Positions 1-15,965 are shown, numbered from the stretch's first letter. The stretch is 64,000 nucleotides of DNA from Chrysomallon squamiferum (GCA_012295275.1 CM022669.1:15996001-16060000), one strand, 5' to 3'. The notes: a model not told the origin generated them from the letters alone. Translations and numbers: made by a program.

Positions 1-129
1 CTATCCTCTTTATACCCTTGTTTTAATCTTGCCGTATTTAACTTAATCATTAATATTTTCACTATAACTTTGTTATTTTTTTAATATTTAATCCCCTACT
101 GTATTTAACTTAAATTGCTAATCCTTTCG

Positions 130-868
130 TTATACTCTCGACGTTGTTGTCTTTGAAGTGCTTCCGCGTATGGAAACTCCTTTAGAATCGAACGAATCAA
201 ACCTTGTTCTTCTGTACCTGCGTCTCTCCAGACGGTAACACACAAAACAAAGACAACGCTTGAAATTCCTACGAAAGTTTTGACTGAAAATGCTGTACAG
301 AATCGGATTGGCCGCCGAGTTGAGGTGAGTGATGATCATGACGAAAACTAGAAACTCCCAGTGTTCCGGAAGAGGCGATTTGGAAAAGGCGTTGTACAAG
401 AAGTGAATCTGATGCGGCGAATAACTGGTGAAGTAAATGAGGACGCTGGCTACGAGCATCTTCACGACGCCCTTCCTTGCCCTGATGGTGTCCGCGGCGC
501 GACCGCTGCGGCAGTTGGAGTCCGGCCTCATCTGAAACTGTGTGTTGAGCTTCTCCGTGCTGGCGTAAAGACGTCTTCCGATGATGGCGTACAGAATGAC
601 CTGCACGACCAACGGTAAGAAGTAGAAAAGTAAAGATTCCATGTATTTGAAGATCATGAAGTATTTCTGGTGCTCGTTCCTGTCCATGGAGAATATGATG
701 CGACACAGCGAGACTGGGTGATTGGGCAACACAGGCACGACTTGGTTGAAGATTAATGTCGGTAGTCCACAGCCTATTGACAAAGGCCAGATGCACGCGA
801 TCACAAACAGGATCTTCTTTCGCGTGCAGACGATGTGCGCTTTTATTGGAAATACGATGGCGACGAAC
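130..868 (-). CDS. Class A peptide-type GPCR (NPR-15-like), terminal coding exon: ICL2, TM4-TM7 and C-tail
   Basis: Acceptor TTTAAATTTGCAG|G (AG at 870-869). The exon starts with the last base of an Arg codon, then reads FVAIVFPIKAHIVCTRKKILFVIACIWP. It contains the TM4 Trp, an ECL2 Cys (SLCRI), TM5 FYFLP, TM6 YFTSYSP, TM7 NSAANPILY and helix 8 FRRNF. TAA stop at 132-130. The family name is recalled from motif similarity, not from a search. Confidence 0.93.
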
Positions 869-1881
869 CTGCAAATTTAAACGGAAAAATAAATAAATAT
901 ATGCTTAATCAAAGTTATGGAATACATAGAATTTTTTTTTATATCTTTAATTTTTTTGTTACTTATATTTTACCTTGTTGGCTGCTTTGTGCCATTTAAA
1001 ACTCGATAACGTATCTTTATTGTAGTCCGTTATTTAATTTAAATAAATAAATAACTTAATTAATTATATGTTGCAAGAGTTTTGATATATATGGTGTATG
1101 GACAGACATGTGAATGGCTAGATACAAAAATCAATATATTAAAGATTAGTAATACAAAGTAGCCCAAGACTGATGTATTTAGATATTATTTTTTATCTGT
1201 TAAATTAAAACAAAATCACACTGTATTCGTAAATATAGCATTTCTTTCGAGAAGAAAAAAAAAGAAAGAAAAAGACATAAAAAAATCCAAAATCAATGAA
1301 ACAGTATAGAAAATTAATGTATATATATATATATATACATCCATATGTGTATATGTGTGAGCATAATATAAATAAATATGTTTGTATCTATGTATGGATG
1401 TGTGTATATATCTGTCTGTATGCATGCATGTATGTCTGCATGTATGTCTGTCTGTCTGTATGTATGTATGTATATATGTATGTATGCATGCATGTATGCA
1501 TGTCTGTATGTATGTATGTATGTATGGATGGATGGATGTATTTATGTACTTATGTAAATAATGAGTTTATTAATCCAAATTACTTTTTAACGCTGGATCA
1601 TTTGACGCTGATCTATATTTATTTGTCAGACAAGCTGCACATTAAACTACTAACAGAACAGAACGTTTCACCTAGACACAATTTCCCTTAAGGGTGAATT
1701 TTCTGCCTCGGGAAAACGTGTCTAACGTGATGAGAATTAGTCTAAACTTGTCTAGACAATGCTTCGTTTAAATCCGCGAGTCACGAGAGCTTGCCATAAA
1801 ATAAACGAAGTCATATTAATAATTAAATCCAGCCACGTATGGATATTAATAGTGACACAAAGGTCATGGTTACAGCAATTG

Positions 1882-1956
<75 letters not shown>

Positions 1957-2368
1957 TTTGTTGTACTTATTTACTTTTATTGCGCTCTGATTTTTTTTTT
2001 AATTACTATTCATCTGATTTGTTTATTTTATTATTATATTTTGTTTCTTTTGCGCCTTGGGCGGGGTAAAGGAAATGATGAGAGTTTTTATTGTTTACTG
2101 TTCAAGTAGGTGTAATATATCTGTATGATAGATAAAGTGTATCTTCATCGTTGAAGCATAATTGCGCTCACTAATAAGCTGTAGGTACGTATTAATACAG
2201 TACAATATTTGTGTTTGTCACTACAATTATCATGTTCTTTTTATTACTGTTGTTATTGTGTTATTATTTTTATTACAAATGTTTGATTTTCCACAATACT
2301 GGATATATCTACTTGCCAATATCTAAATTATGACATCATTAATTCAGCTTTAGAAAAAACAACAAACA

Positions 2369-2402
<34 letters not shown>

Positions 2403-3040
2403 ATGACAGGCTATAGTGACATTAATTTTGTGAAACACCTTCTTGTTTTAAAATTAGATTAATTCCTAATACTTTCCATCGAGCCCCTTTCTTTGTAATC
2501 CAGCCACAAAATGAATGTTTGTTGGAGATCCTGGTCAAATGGGGCATTAACCGACTTAAGAACACTGAGCTTACGTTTGCCATTCATGGAGAAGTGTTAC
2601 AGTTAATGCCCAAATAACTTTCTCAAGAATTCTTGGATTTAACTTGCCACTCGTACAAAACTGTTATAGATGATACCCAAATTGCCTAAAGAACTCGATC
2701 GTAAGAAAGATATTACCCGACATTAAAAAAGGAATAAAACTGTAAGAGAATATTTCAAATGATTTATGTACCTAAAGCCCGATTTTTTTTCAAAGATCAC
2801 TGTTAGTGTAGTCCCGTACAAACTATCCCTTTCTGCTAACTGACAAGAATAGCCTACGTGAAAGAAAAAAAACAACAGGGTTTTTGTTTCTCTAGATTCA
2901 TTTTCAGGTGCAAGCAATATTTTGCACAAGCGTACATTAGTAATAAGCAGAAACAATGGGAACTGTCGTTAAACAAATAATATTTACACCGTTATTATGA
3001 AATTATAATAAGAATGTTGTTGTTTTTCATTTTTTTATAG

Positions 3041-3091
<51 letters not shown>

Positions 3092-5023
3092 TACACATGC
3101 ACACAGTAATCTGGCCTGGTATGGAATGCATGCTCTAATTCAAGTTCTATATTGCTAATCGTAATTATCTCAGTGTGGCTTTAATGTATTACGTGACTGC
3201 AATGTATGTATTATCCGCGCTGGACACGTAATTCACTTCTTTTTTAATTCTTCTTTCACATGATCGTTGCATGTTAATGATCAATATTCCGCTGCCACAA
3301 TGAACTGAGACAGTGAAAAACAAACAACAACCCAAAAACGACAGGGAAAAGGAAGAGAGAAAGTGAATAGGAATAAAACAGGGTGAACATTCCATAAAGA
3401 ATTAACTGATGAAGCTATTTTAGTGTCGTGCGTAACATTGAAAAGTTATTGTCCGTATTCTTGTTTTATATTTGCTTTTGTTGTTTGTTTTTTTTTTCTA
3501 ATTTTCTTTCTTCATTTTCATTTTGTTTGACCCTCCGTTCATTTATGACTTGATTCTAGAAAATAAACAGATTTTATGCTGATTCAATCTTTCGTTTAAA
3601 ATTCGATGCTATTTTCAACACACTATTTCATAAAATATCGCAAAGAGATTTTTGTTTGGAAAAGCACCTTGATGTCTTTGATGTTGTAATTTTATTTCTG
3701 TTATTTCTAATATAAAGATTTACTATCCTATAAAAATCTCGTAGCTAGAGAGAATTGTATCCTCCCATTACGATGTGAATGGTGACGTAGTTACAAGGTT
3801 ATATGATTTAATATGATATTAGAGGCGGATTCGAGAGTTAAAAAAGGGAGTGTCTTTGTTGTAATGAATACATTTTTCGAAATAATATTCACTGTGACGA
3901 AGACAGAAGACAGCAAGCTATATTGTATTATATATTAGGGGTGAATCCAAGATTTTATTAAGGAAATATTATATGTATAGTGAAGATACCAATTTTAGCA
4001 TAATGAAGAAAAGCTCGGGTTGCAAAAGACTAATAGAGTTCTTAGATATTTGTGTTTCTTTGACGACGTATGAAATGAAAGTTCAATTACATTCAACGTT
4101 CCTTTACGACAAGCCTTGCCTTTGCTCCCCGCCAGCTGCTTCTGTTTGTTATACATCTACTGCTGGGAGATTAACTGAATAAAACAAATGATGATGGGCG
4201 AATTACTGATTCATCTATGCCCACGCAATTCATTTCTGTTCACCGTGCACTTATTTCCGTTTCCGTTTCAAGGAGACTGAGAGAAAGGATGTTAGACGAG
4301 TTACGTCAGCCATTACTGAACAGTGCGAATGCACTAAAATGATTTCATTATTGTGAAAGCGATCTTCAAGAATTTGTATGGTCAGTTTACGAAGGTTTAG
4401 GTGGAATTTGAATCATATCTATCACAACAGGACAAACTGACAGTACTGTAAATATTAATGAAAAAGCTTGATAGTTAAATATATTAATAACTAACAACAT
4501 ACGATTTTCTTTTTTCTTTGACTGATAATGAGGACAACTTACAGAAAGCTCATTGCTTCTAGAATAAAGAGATCTTTCGCTTCTTAATGCATTTACTGAG
4601 AATATGCCTTTAAGGTAATGGAAAATAGCCAAATTAGTATACCATTCTATCAGTATCTCGCTCAAGGTAAAGATGGGAATGATGGTTCGAGCAAGCTTAA
4701 ATTAATCTTTTGGTTTCAGCTCGAACAGCGATACTACCTGTATCCGCATCCAAAGTAAGCATATGAAATGCACCTCTCTAAAAATATGCTTATTTAGCTA
4801 ATGAAACACATTTCATTTTAGAAAAATTATGTGCATTACAATGATGGCGCACCTTATTATTTTTTCTCTTCTCACGGGTGGATTGCAAAATACTGTCTTC
4901 GTTCTTGATGCCTAAGAATCTTTCACTCAATACATCTGGTTTAGCAGCAGGACTTCTACTGCCAAAACAATCGGTATAAAACAGTCATAGACGTTTTTCT
5001 ACATTCGTTAATTTGCAATAATC

Positions 5024-5294
5024 ATGTGTAAATAATGGACCTAACAATTCCCTGTAGTACTGCTTTTTCTTTTGGAGTAGATGATGTACAGCTGTGTTCA
5101 CGTCCATTTATTTATGTCTATGCTGATGATTATTTATATGTGACTTATGTGTAAATAATGAATCTAACAATTCCGTGTCGGATTATCGACAGAGGACGTC
5201 TGTAGTTCTGCTCTTTCTTTTGGAGTAGACGTTGTACAGCTGTGTTCACATCCATTTGTTTATGTCTATGCCGATGGTTATCTATATATGACTT
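5024..5294. repeat. Tandem duplication, two copies (5024-5146 and 5147-5294)
   Basis: Both copies run ATGTGTAAATAATG...CTAACAATTCC...TCTTTTGGAGTAGA...GTACAGCTGTGTTCAC...TGACTT. Copy 2 carries an extra ~25 bp (GTGTCGGATTATCGACAGAGGACGT). Confidence 0.85.
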
Positions 5295-6764
5295 AAAATA
5301 TACTTGTGTGCCTATGCTCCACACCGCTTAAAGGAAATAAACTACTACCGGACAATAGACACTTCCATGGACATCTGGTCCTTCTTGTGAAAGCACATCT
5401 CGTAGATTTTCCTAAGCGTTTTTTATTTTTTTTTCTGTTGACTCATTGACTCTCTATACTATAATAATTTCCTACACGTAAGTATATGCCTCTGGAAGAA
5501 GGTAACAAAATTTACATCAATATGTGTTTTAGGCGTATCAGATAATTAAATTTCCACATGGTCATGCTTTTATATATATAAATTTGGTGATTTTAACTAA
5601 TTTTACATATTTTGATCATTTGAAGGTAATTAACTAAACATAGCTTCTAACGAATATACATAGCTTCATCCGTACGAATTTCAGTGACATTAACTCAATC
5701 AACATTTTACACGACCTCCACAGTTTAGTATACAAAACAAAGTAAACATGAAAATGTTTCGCTGATCACCTTTCTGCTAGTTAACAATTTCTGAAAGTAG
5801 ACGACCCATTACTACTCCAATAAAATGCAACTATTTGTCTACCAAATGGTTTTAACCCTAAATTATAAGTTTGTGTTAAAGGTGTGCAAATCAATTACAA
5901 ATGTTATTAGGCCAACATTAACGTGTATGTTGATCCATTGACTGTTACTGCCCATAATTTCGCCAGAGATCGATCTGCTTTTTTGCTTAATACCAACCTT
6001 ATTTGATAAAACGTATCAGCAAAGGAAATCGGATCCGAACATCATGTGTAAACTTTAACAACTGTTGGAGGCTCGGAAGCGAAATAAAAGTTAATTTTCA
6101 TTGCCGAAGGCGAGGATAAATCGTCAAAATTAATGATGTCTTAGAATACGCTGGAAACTGATTGTGTTACTGATTCATAAGAAATTTGACATCGGCTTTT
6201 GCAGAATGCGTGTATTAATGTACATGGTCAAAGCCCGCAGGAAAATAATAATAGTTTAACTTCAAATGCACAAAGTATGACTCGCTTATAAAGTCTGCAG
6301 TTAGAATATGAATACTTTTAAAAGAAATCTCGAAACAAGTGCAGGTTATTGAAAGAGTAAGCTACATGTCGATTTAAATTATTCGGCGAAGAAGAGAAAA
6401 TGAAATTTAAATAGAAAAAAAAAAAAAAAAAAAAGAAGAAAAAATACAACTTGAAAACCAACAGAAAAAAATATCCTCATTTAGCTAATTCTGGTATATG
6501 TGTTTGCTTTAACAGATGTAAAATTTAATAGTTAATTTTGAATTAAGAAGAAAACGTTACACAAAAAAAGAAAGAAAAAAGGTGATGATAAATGAAGAGC
6601 ATAGAAAAAATATACTAAAAAGATAAAAATCAAGAAAAGAAAGAAAGAACTAATGAAAGAACCAAAGAAAGCAGAAACGAAAAATAATGCAGTAGAACGG
6701 AAAGAAAATGATATATCAATTGTCAGATAAGGTATGATGAGATGAAGATAAATATATCGGTATG

Positions 6765-6816
<52 letters not shown>

Positions 6817-7618
6817 TTATGGTAAAATCATGTGGCAATATTTCTATGGCCTTTCACTAATATTTTTCTGTTTCAAGTAAATTTTATTTTGTTTCACTTG
6901 GATTAGTTTTTAAAAAGTAAAGAAAATATCCTTCAATAGCACCGCATTACAATTCATTAAAGTCATTTCAACTCCTCAATTTACTGGTCCGGATTAACCG
7001 CATAACCAAAAACCATTTAGACCGATAAGCAAATTCAATAGAGCTATACAACAACACTGGAAACTTAGAGCCGTGCAGTAAGTGTGTTCTCTAATAAGCC
7101 AAAGGGTCTTGTCATTTTTGACTGACACGTGATTACGTCAGTCCAACGAAGAGGACATTATCTGATGTCAGATGTTCCTAATGCTGTATCTCACCTTTTC
7201 AGAATAAATTTTGCCACCGAGATGAATTTGAATCGTCGCTGAACATTCTGTATTGAAGAAAAATAATTCCATTCGAGAGACAAGCCAAGAGTTTTAAAAT
7301 TAGACCGTTAAAATGAGGAGATAAATAATGCAATTCAGTGTTGCCGAACCAGGAACTGTAACAAGTAGAATCTAGCGCATTACGAACCCGTGCAGAGTAT
7401 TCCGTCCTGAGAGCAAATTTTATTGTGATTGAACTCGGACACGCGAGACGAATTTCAATACAACAGACATAATTGGAAATGGGGAGACGAGAAACAAAAG
7501 AAAGATGATTCAATAAATTTAAGAATGAGAAAGATAGAACGAGCATAAAGGCGGATAAACAGCGACACACACATGTATATGTGATTACAGAAGTTAATAT
7601 TCTCGTAGCAGACTACAT

Positions 7619-7651
<33 letters not shown>

Positions 7652-8750
7652 TATACGATTTAAAAATAAGAAATTATACTCTCTGCAACTGAATGCGGTG
7701 TGCGTTAAAAGGGTCGTATATATGTGTAAGAAACAAAACGATTTTTTTTTCTGTCATCTAGATGGATTATTTTTCTCTGTTTCTGAAAATAAGTGTTAAT
7801 ACTCAGATCTGTCCTGTCAAGAACAGCTCAGTCAAACATATTCAGACGTTTCAAGGCTGACGGATAAGAATCGGTAATAACTGCGAAATTGGAAATGTAG
7901 ATGGAAATGTGCAAAATGACGTACATACGTACATACATACACACATACAATCACACATTAGATAGAAAGATAGATAGATAGACAGAGACAGATATACACA
8001 GATAGACAGATTGATAAACAGAATGGGAGAAATAAATATTTACACAAAGACTACAACCAGTTCAGAGTAGTAAGTTTCCATTATTTATAAATGCTATATT
8101 CATGACAAACCACAGTCAAAACACTGATTGCGCTTAGATAAGTTAAATATTTGATACAAAAAAACCAACAAATCTCTGGATGAACTCAGATTTTTTGTAA
8201 TTATTGAATATAATTTTATTTCATTGTGTTCTGTAACCGTTATCAAATTCATATACGGTGGTAAATAATAAAATGAATGTACAGTATCAAAATGGAAATT
8301 ATTATTTCATAGACCTGCTTACCTGAACATCTATAATGTTACCTACTGAAAAGTTAGCAGAAGAGCACACTCATTACGTGTTTAACAAAGATTCGCCGAA
8401 TTACGTCACGTATTTAATTGTGCTTTCGTAGACAGTGACGTTACGTCATGTCATTGACTATAAATATGTTAACTTTTACTCTGTTTATAAATGCAGACAT
8501 ATATATTAATGCATGTTGACGATACTAAAAAATAAAATAAAAATGGATATGTGATGGATGTGGCTTTCGCAGGGTGGTGTAATCGTGAGAGTTTCAAGAT
8601 TTAGAGTTTTGACAGTATCAGTTTAGCTATACACTGAACTTCACTGATGCATTTTTACGAAGATACGATCTGCCAAAATGTGAACAGAAAGAACATAACG
8701 TACTTATTGTTTCAGATGTTGCCGTTGCTCTAGTTATTTATTTATTTATT

Positions 8751-8789
<39 letters not shown>

Positions 8790-8795
8790 TTTTAC

Positions 8796-8834
<39 letters not shown>

Positions 8835-9685
8835 GTTCGTTAGTTAGTTTTATCATACAGATTACAGTATTTAAGTACATATTACATGCACATGAAAAAA
8901 GCAATCATAAAACTCCCCCAACAAAATCCATGCGCTTAACGGAAAAAAAAAACAACGAACAGCATGATAATTGAAGTACGCTTCGCAAAAATGCAATATG
9001 AAACCAAACCTTGTAATGTTTACGCCCAAATAGCTGGCTTTGGCGCAAGATTTTATCTTTTTCTTAATACAAGTTTTATGAACTTTAAAGATCTTGAGAA
9101 ATTCAAGAAGAAAAAAAGAAGAGAAAAAAGAAGAAGAAATGTTTTGATGTCTTACTGTATGTTTTTATTTATTTATTTATTTATCTGTTTGTTTATCTGG
9201 TGTGGTATTTTTTATGATTATTATTATTATTGTTTTTTGGTTTATTATTTATTGATTGATTTATTATTTATTTATTTATTATTTATTTGTCTTACTGTTG
9301 TTTTTTTCTTTCTTGTTTTTTTAATTTACTTTATTATTATTATTATTATTATTATCATCATCGTCATTATTATTATTATTATCATCATCATCATCATCAT
9401 TATTATTATTATTGAATTTTATGTTTCACTGAATATTTCAGTATAAAATATGATCTTCGCTTGAAGGTTGCAATTCACATAGGAAACGTTCCAGTAATAC
9501 TGAGCCTTATGAATGGAGTCAGTTTGAGCTGGAATCCTTATTTCTCTATGGAAATCACATGCCCAGCAGTTTGCAATTAACTAGCTTTAGTGAACTGAGG
9601 GTTTCAGATATTGTCGATTATCCCTCATGCATTAACCTTCGGATTGAATTGCATATAATACAATAACAGTAAAAAAATAACAAAA

Positions 9686-9785
<100 letters not shown>

Positions 9786-9936
9786 AAGGAATTGTCATGT
9801 TTTTTAAATTTAAATATATGTAATAATGTAATGAATGGAAAAAGAGAAATGAAGGAAAATGAAAATATACTAAACATGCACAAACGTGTCTAAATGTGTT
9901 ATTGTTTGTATATATATATATATATATATGTGTGTG

Positions 9937-9976
<40 letters not shown>

Positions 9977-11677
9977 TATATGTATGTAATATGTATGTAA
10001 GTATATCTGTATGTTTGTATATAAAAAAATATATTAATAAAATTAGAAATGTCTAATTATTTAATAAATATAAATATATACATAAAAATGAAATCTAGGC
10101 CAGCTTATATGTCAGTGTTACGTAAACATTACTTACACGCTTCTGCTCGAAGCAACAACTAGGCACACCTCCATACATACCGTTCAGTCAGATATTTCTT
10201 AACTGCATGCTTCGGTATATAAGAACACGCTGGGGAGCGTACTTAATAACAAAAACATGTTCTTTGCGTGATGTTTCAAAGCGAATGTTAGATTTTCTAT
10301 AAAATAATGAAGGTAATCAAATCATCAATTCAGTAAACTTAGTAGCCCATCGTGCGTTTGCTCTCCCATAATTTGAAATAATAATAATAAACCATAAATA
10401 AATTTTAAAATTAAAACAGTCCCCAAAAAATCGAAAGTAAATAAATAAATAAATAAAACGTCATTTATCATCTACGTGCAGTACCATTTTATACACACAC
10501 ACATATATACCAGTCTTTTTTTTATGTTTTATGTGTGTATATATATATCTTTTTTTTTAAAGTGACATGGAAGTTACGTCAAAATATATAACATTCGGCC
10601 ATTAATAATACGCCAGTCCAGAGCAGTCTGAAATAACCAAACGAATTTCGAGATTTACATGAACATCAATTATAACAAAATATCAAACGACCTGTCATTA
10701 ATACTAATATTACGAATTGCAAATAACAATCTTAGCGTGCGACACTTTGCTATAGCAGTCTCTGAAACTCTTTGAGAAGATATTTGATTCATTAATTGCA
10801 TCCGTAAGCAACAAATGAAAGGTAAATGTAATTCAACTACTTAAAGGGATACGTCATTTGAGTTTATCTGACACCACGTGTGTAATAAAGATAACAAGAA
10901 AAATAAATGATCCCCGTTTATTTTCTATATGCAATAGTTTCGGTCGTTCACCCAGTAGTCACCTCCCACGTATACGTGTATTTCACATCATAATGAATAA
11001 ACATTGATTAATAATCTAATTTCGTCTGTTGAATGTCAGATGTCTAGTATAAATATTACAGTGATCAAAGGAAAGTTGTTGTATTTTCCATTAGCATCTC
11101 CGGATATTTTTACGTAAATCGCAGTCAGGAATATTTGATGTACGCGTCTTTGACGTATGTCGGCAAAAGTGTGTGACTTTCTGTGACGACTTTTTAAATG
11201 TTTATTCATCTGTGGGTGGCGATAGTAGTAGTAGGTGTAGTAGTTGTAGAAATAAATACCTTACGGGTAGTAGAAGCAATTATAATGATGGTAGCAGTAA
11301 TATTAGTAGTGTCGTTATTATTATATTGTTGTTGTTGTTGTTGTTATTGTTGTTGTTGTTGTTACTGATGTGTTTTTGATTGTGTGAAGTTGAAGCCAAA
11401 TATCATTCCATGCTATAAGACACTAAAAGAAGTTTAAACTGGACCGATTTCTGTCTCTCACTGACGTAGTTGTAATTAAGTGAAATCCTGTTAGGTGACG
11501 TTTTAATGCTGACTGCAACTGTCATAAACAAACGATTCTAACTCTGCGTATGTTACTTTGATTAGGTTCAAAAGTTTAATGACTTTGCTATGTTTCCGGG
11601 CCAGATGTGATAACTTCCGCATTCAACCCTCAAAAAGGTTTAGCAATTTACTGTTGCTAACGTGTATTCTTGTGTAT

Positions 11678-12138
<461 letters not shown>

Positions 12139-12784
12139 CTCTCAATTTCTCTTGTTCTCTCTCCCCCGTAAGTGTGTGTCAGCATGTCTGGGGTTTTTTT
12201 TACACAAAGAAATTTTGAGAAGTTCATTCCATTGCCATTATTACATTCTTTATCTGATAGCTACAAAGAAAGTCTGATGGCCATACAGTTGTTAACCTTC
12301 ATTTATCGTAAGTGTCAACTTCTATTACTGTGTTCCACATTCAGTCCTGAACTGTCTGTAAGCATTACTTTAACTAAGTCAGTATCTACCCATAGGACCT
12401 CTTGCAGTTCCCAGTGGAGTCTAAGATGTCGATGCTGGGTATGTATCTACGAAGCTTATTGAGTATAAGTTCGGATAGATTTTCAGTTCACGACAACCTT
12501 CTGGAATCTACATAGGAGATTTCTTTATAGACAGCAACCGTCGCCAGTATATGACCTGTTGTGCGGTTTCTCTGTAAATCGTCTGCACATACTTCATAAT
12601 CGCCTTTGAAATAATGATAGGTTTCACCTAGATATGATTTATGAAAATCAGACCAGCCACACTATATTTCTTTGCTACATAAAGGTCTCAGAAAAACGTA
12701 ACCTCTCTCTTTATTTATAGTGTTTATGATTATCTGAATAATACCGAAATCGTAATATATGTATTTATTATACCTGTCAGTAAA

Positions 12785-13070
12785 TGTATGCATGTATGTT
12801 TGTGTGTATGTGTCTGTATGTATGTATGTATGTATGTATGTATGTATGTATGTATGTATGTATAAATGTATGTATGTTTGTATGTATGTATTATATATGT
12901 ATATATGCATGTATGTATGTATGTATGTATGTATGTTTGTATGTATGTATGTCTGTATGTATGTATGTATATATATATATGTATATATATGTGTGTATAT
13001 GCATGTATGTATGTATGTATGTATGTATGTATATCTTTATATCTGTATATATGTATATATTGGTGCATGA
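12785..13070. repeat. Degenerate (TATG)n microsatellite
   Basis: Seen directly; source of the MYVC/HTYI ORFs. Similar tracts at about 1416-1545, 26582-26760, 43393-43498 and 49455-49522. Confidence 0.92.
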
Positions 13071-14306
13071 AAGCATAATATATATATGTAGGTATGAAAG
13101 GAAGGATTTTAAAAAGTTAATAACTGGTAAGTTCTGTGTTAATCCAAAATGAACAAAAAACCCCCTCATATTTCTGCACCGCATTAGTGATTTACAGCAA
13201 AGACAGCCCACTTCAACTTAAGTGCAGGTAAACTACAAGAAATACAGTTTTCTCTGTAAACAGTGCTTAAGCTGTTGGCATGTGAAATGGGGGTCACTTC
13301 GTGCAATGACGCCGCAATTTCGTCACCAGTGGTTTCTTCCAGATTATTTCAGTGTCTTTGAAAAAAAAAAAAAAAAGGATTTACTCAAATTACAATAACC
13401 GCTCGTTTCACTGGTGTGTACGTTACTATAACGAAACGTTTTGACGTATCAATAAAGCTGGCTTAATGCAGGAAGAGGTTCTCGCCACGTGAACATTTCT
13501 AAAATTCCATTTCGAGATTTACGAAACAGCTTGCGGCTCTCGATACATGTGTCAGCATGCATGCGCGGAGATAAGCCCGCAGACGCATTACGCGCAGTGT
13601 ACACTGGTTTTTATCCAGCTGTTATTAAACAGGAGTTGAATTTCGTCAATAAACACACAGAGCCGATCTCATCTGTCGCTGGCGTCGCGTGAGGTATCCT
13701 CCCACTTGATACACGTCCCATTAGCTTTTACGCACTTGTGACACTAAAGGTTGCCCACCGTAATCCGATGTTTTCTATTTGGTACGTGACAGAAGAAAGG
13801 TCGCTGTATGGTTTCATCCCACTCGTTTCGCAATTCATCATGGTTGATGTTTCATACAGCTGTACTTATACTGCCACCATTATCCGAAGTCTTCGAGTTA
13901 CAACAGAATAATCGCTATATGGTATCGTACCATTTATTACACATCCCATTTTGCTTGCGTACTTTGTTTAACACATAGCCGAACCAAAATCCGGCCGGTT
14001 GTTCTAGAATATAGAAATGGAAGTATTCTGAATCAAAACTGAATTGAAACGTTTACAAAAGTATTTTATTAACACTGTATTAATAAATTATCTTTCATTG
14101 TTGTTTTTTTTTTTTTTTTTCTTTATCATTAGTTTGAACTTTTAAGGCTTTTGTGGTAAGTCTGTGATCTGACACTATAGCAAATGGTAAAATCTGGTGT
14201 GTAACAAACAGAACACAGTATCAGCATTACCTTATCGATAGTATGCATGCTTTCTTTATTTTTCAGTTGTGTTTTTTTTTTTTTTCGGTTTTTCATTATT
14301 ATTATT

Positions 14307-14345
<39 letters not shown>

Positions 14346-15161
14346 GTTATTATTATTATCATCATATTACTAATACTGTTTCTTTATTTCATTTATCCTT
14401 TCCCTGTGTTTTATTTTCTCAGTTTTTTTTTTATTTATTACCATCATATCTTTCCTGTATCTCTTCTGCCTTCTTATTAACACCATCAACGTCGAGTTCA
14501 AATTCGTTATTTCATCTAACATGCTAGAACTGATTGGTTAACACTAACAGCGTGCGGAAGCAAAACCAGCATTAACATCCACGAAAGGTGAAACATAAGG
14601 TAACTAATAATTAATAAACTATTTTCACAACAGATTACAACGCCACCCTCGGCCCTTTTTTTCTCCGATTTTGTGAGGTTCTATGTAAGATACAGAATAA
14701 ATACAAACAACGTGAGACTTGAATGTCATAACGACCTTTGTTGTTTGTACTCAAAACTCCAAAACTTAGCGTATCCTGAACACAGCAAAATATTTTCGAG
14801 ATATCTATCATTAAAATAAATTAGCCTGCGAATGATGAAAGCAGTCATTGCGGTCAACTCCTCTGAACTGTTATCTACCTAAAGGAATTGGGAAAATGTT
14901 TTCTTTACAAAATAATACGTTTTTCTAACTTGTCTAGCATTATACCAACAGCACAATAATTTATCTCCATTATACGTCAATTTTGCTTCAATTTACGACT
15001 CAGAGTAAGAGTGCGACAGTAAAATTTCAAACTGAAATAGCAATAAATCATACACAGGTCAGCTATCCGTTATTCGATTCTTCGAGAATAGAGCATAAGT
15101 AATCTAAGGGAGCCGTTTTAAAGAAAAACGTTAGGTAATAATGTGACATAAATGAGTAAAT

Positions 15162-15281
15162 TAATAATAATAATAATAATAACAATAACAATAATAATAC
15201 AATAACGATAACAATAATAATAACAATAACAATAACAATGATAATAATGATAACTGTAATAAAATTAACAATAACAATAAC

Positions 15282-15316
<35 letters not shown>

Positions 15317-15341
15317 TAATAATAATAATAACAATAATAAC

Positions 15342-15376
<35 letters not shown>

Positions 15377-15390
15377 TAATAATAATAATA
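15162..15390. repeat. (AAT)n/(AAC) compound microsatellite
   Basis: Seen directly. Similar tracts at about 17996-18073 and 40563-40610. Confidence 0.92.
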
Positions 15391-15743
15391 GAAAAGAAAA
15401 ATAAGAAATTTCTTTTGAACACTTTTCTGATTGTGGATAATTGGGTGTCCAGAGGCAGTGACAATAAGATTCAAGGAAAAGAATCAATTCATTTAGTTCT
15501 TTTCCGAAGCAATCAGTTGTTCAAAGCATTTGTCTTCCGTCCCGGACTGTTGTGGGTTATTATTACCGTTTAAAATAGCTGTAGAAAGAAAGCAATCTCT
15601 ACCTGTAACAAATAAGTGTAAGTTATGGTAGATTACTAGTGATGTGCTGATCGTAAAACAGAACCCGGCGGCTGTTTGAAATTGCTTAATTAAATATATT
15701 TACACGATGTCCTCTTTAGGAAACTTCCTATTATCGTTTGAGC

Positions 15744-15965
15744 TTTAGTGTTAACTAGATGTGCAAACAGCGCCTTGAGTTTCTATATATTTTGATGTTC
15801 AGTTGAAAATGTATACAGCAAACTCAGTTTTGTATTTCAGTTTTAAGTTGAAGTTTGAAGAACACATTGAGTTTCCCTGTATTTCAGTAATTTAGTGTTA
15901 ACTTGAAGTGTAAACAACATACTGAGTTTCTGTTAGTACTTTAGTGCTAACGTGGTGTATAAGAA
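15744..15965. repeat. Degenerate ~50-bp minisatellite, 4-5 units
   Basis: Recurring TTTAGTGTTAACT..GTG.AAACA....TGAGTTTC motif. Confidence 0.5.

Noticed and set aside
34-113. 13-bp direct repeat GTATTTAACTTAA (34-46 and 101-113) in the 3' UTR
   Set aside because: Short and AT-rich; may be chance or a small duplication, with no known motif.
361-618. Plus-strand ORF, also 21790-22182 and 60643-60885, and alternative-frame minus ORFs 269-874 and 21637-21993
   Set aside because: Antisense or shifted-frame shadows of the real GPCR exons, with no independent protein features.
7340-7410. tRNA/SINE-head-like traces here and near 17690-17760 and 38040-38080
   Set aside because: A and B boxes are incomplete and there is no cloverleaf or recognisable shared body.
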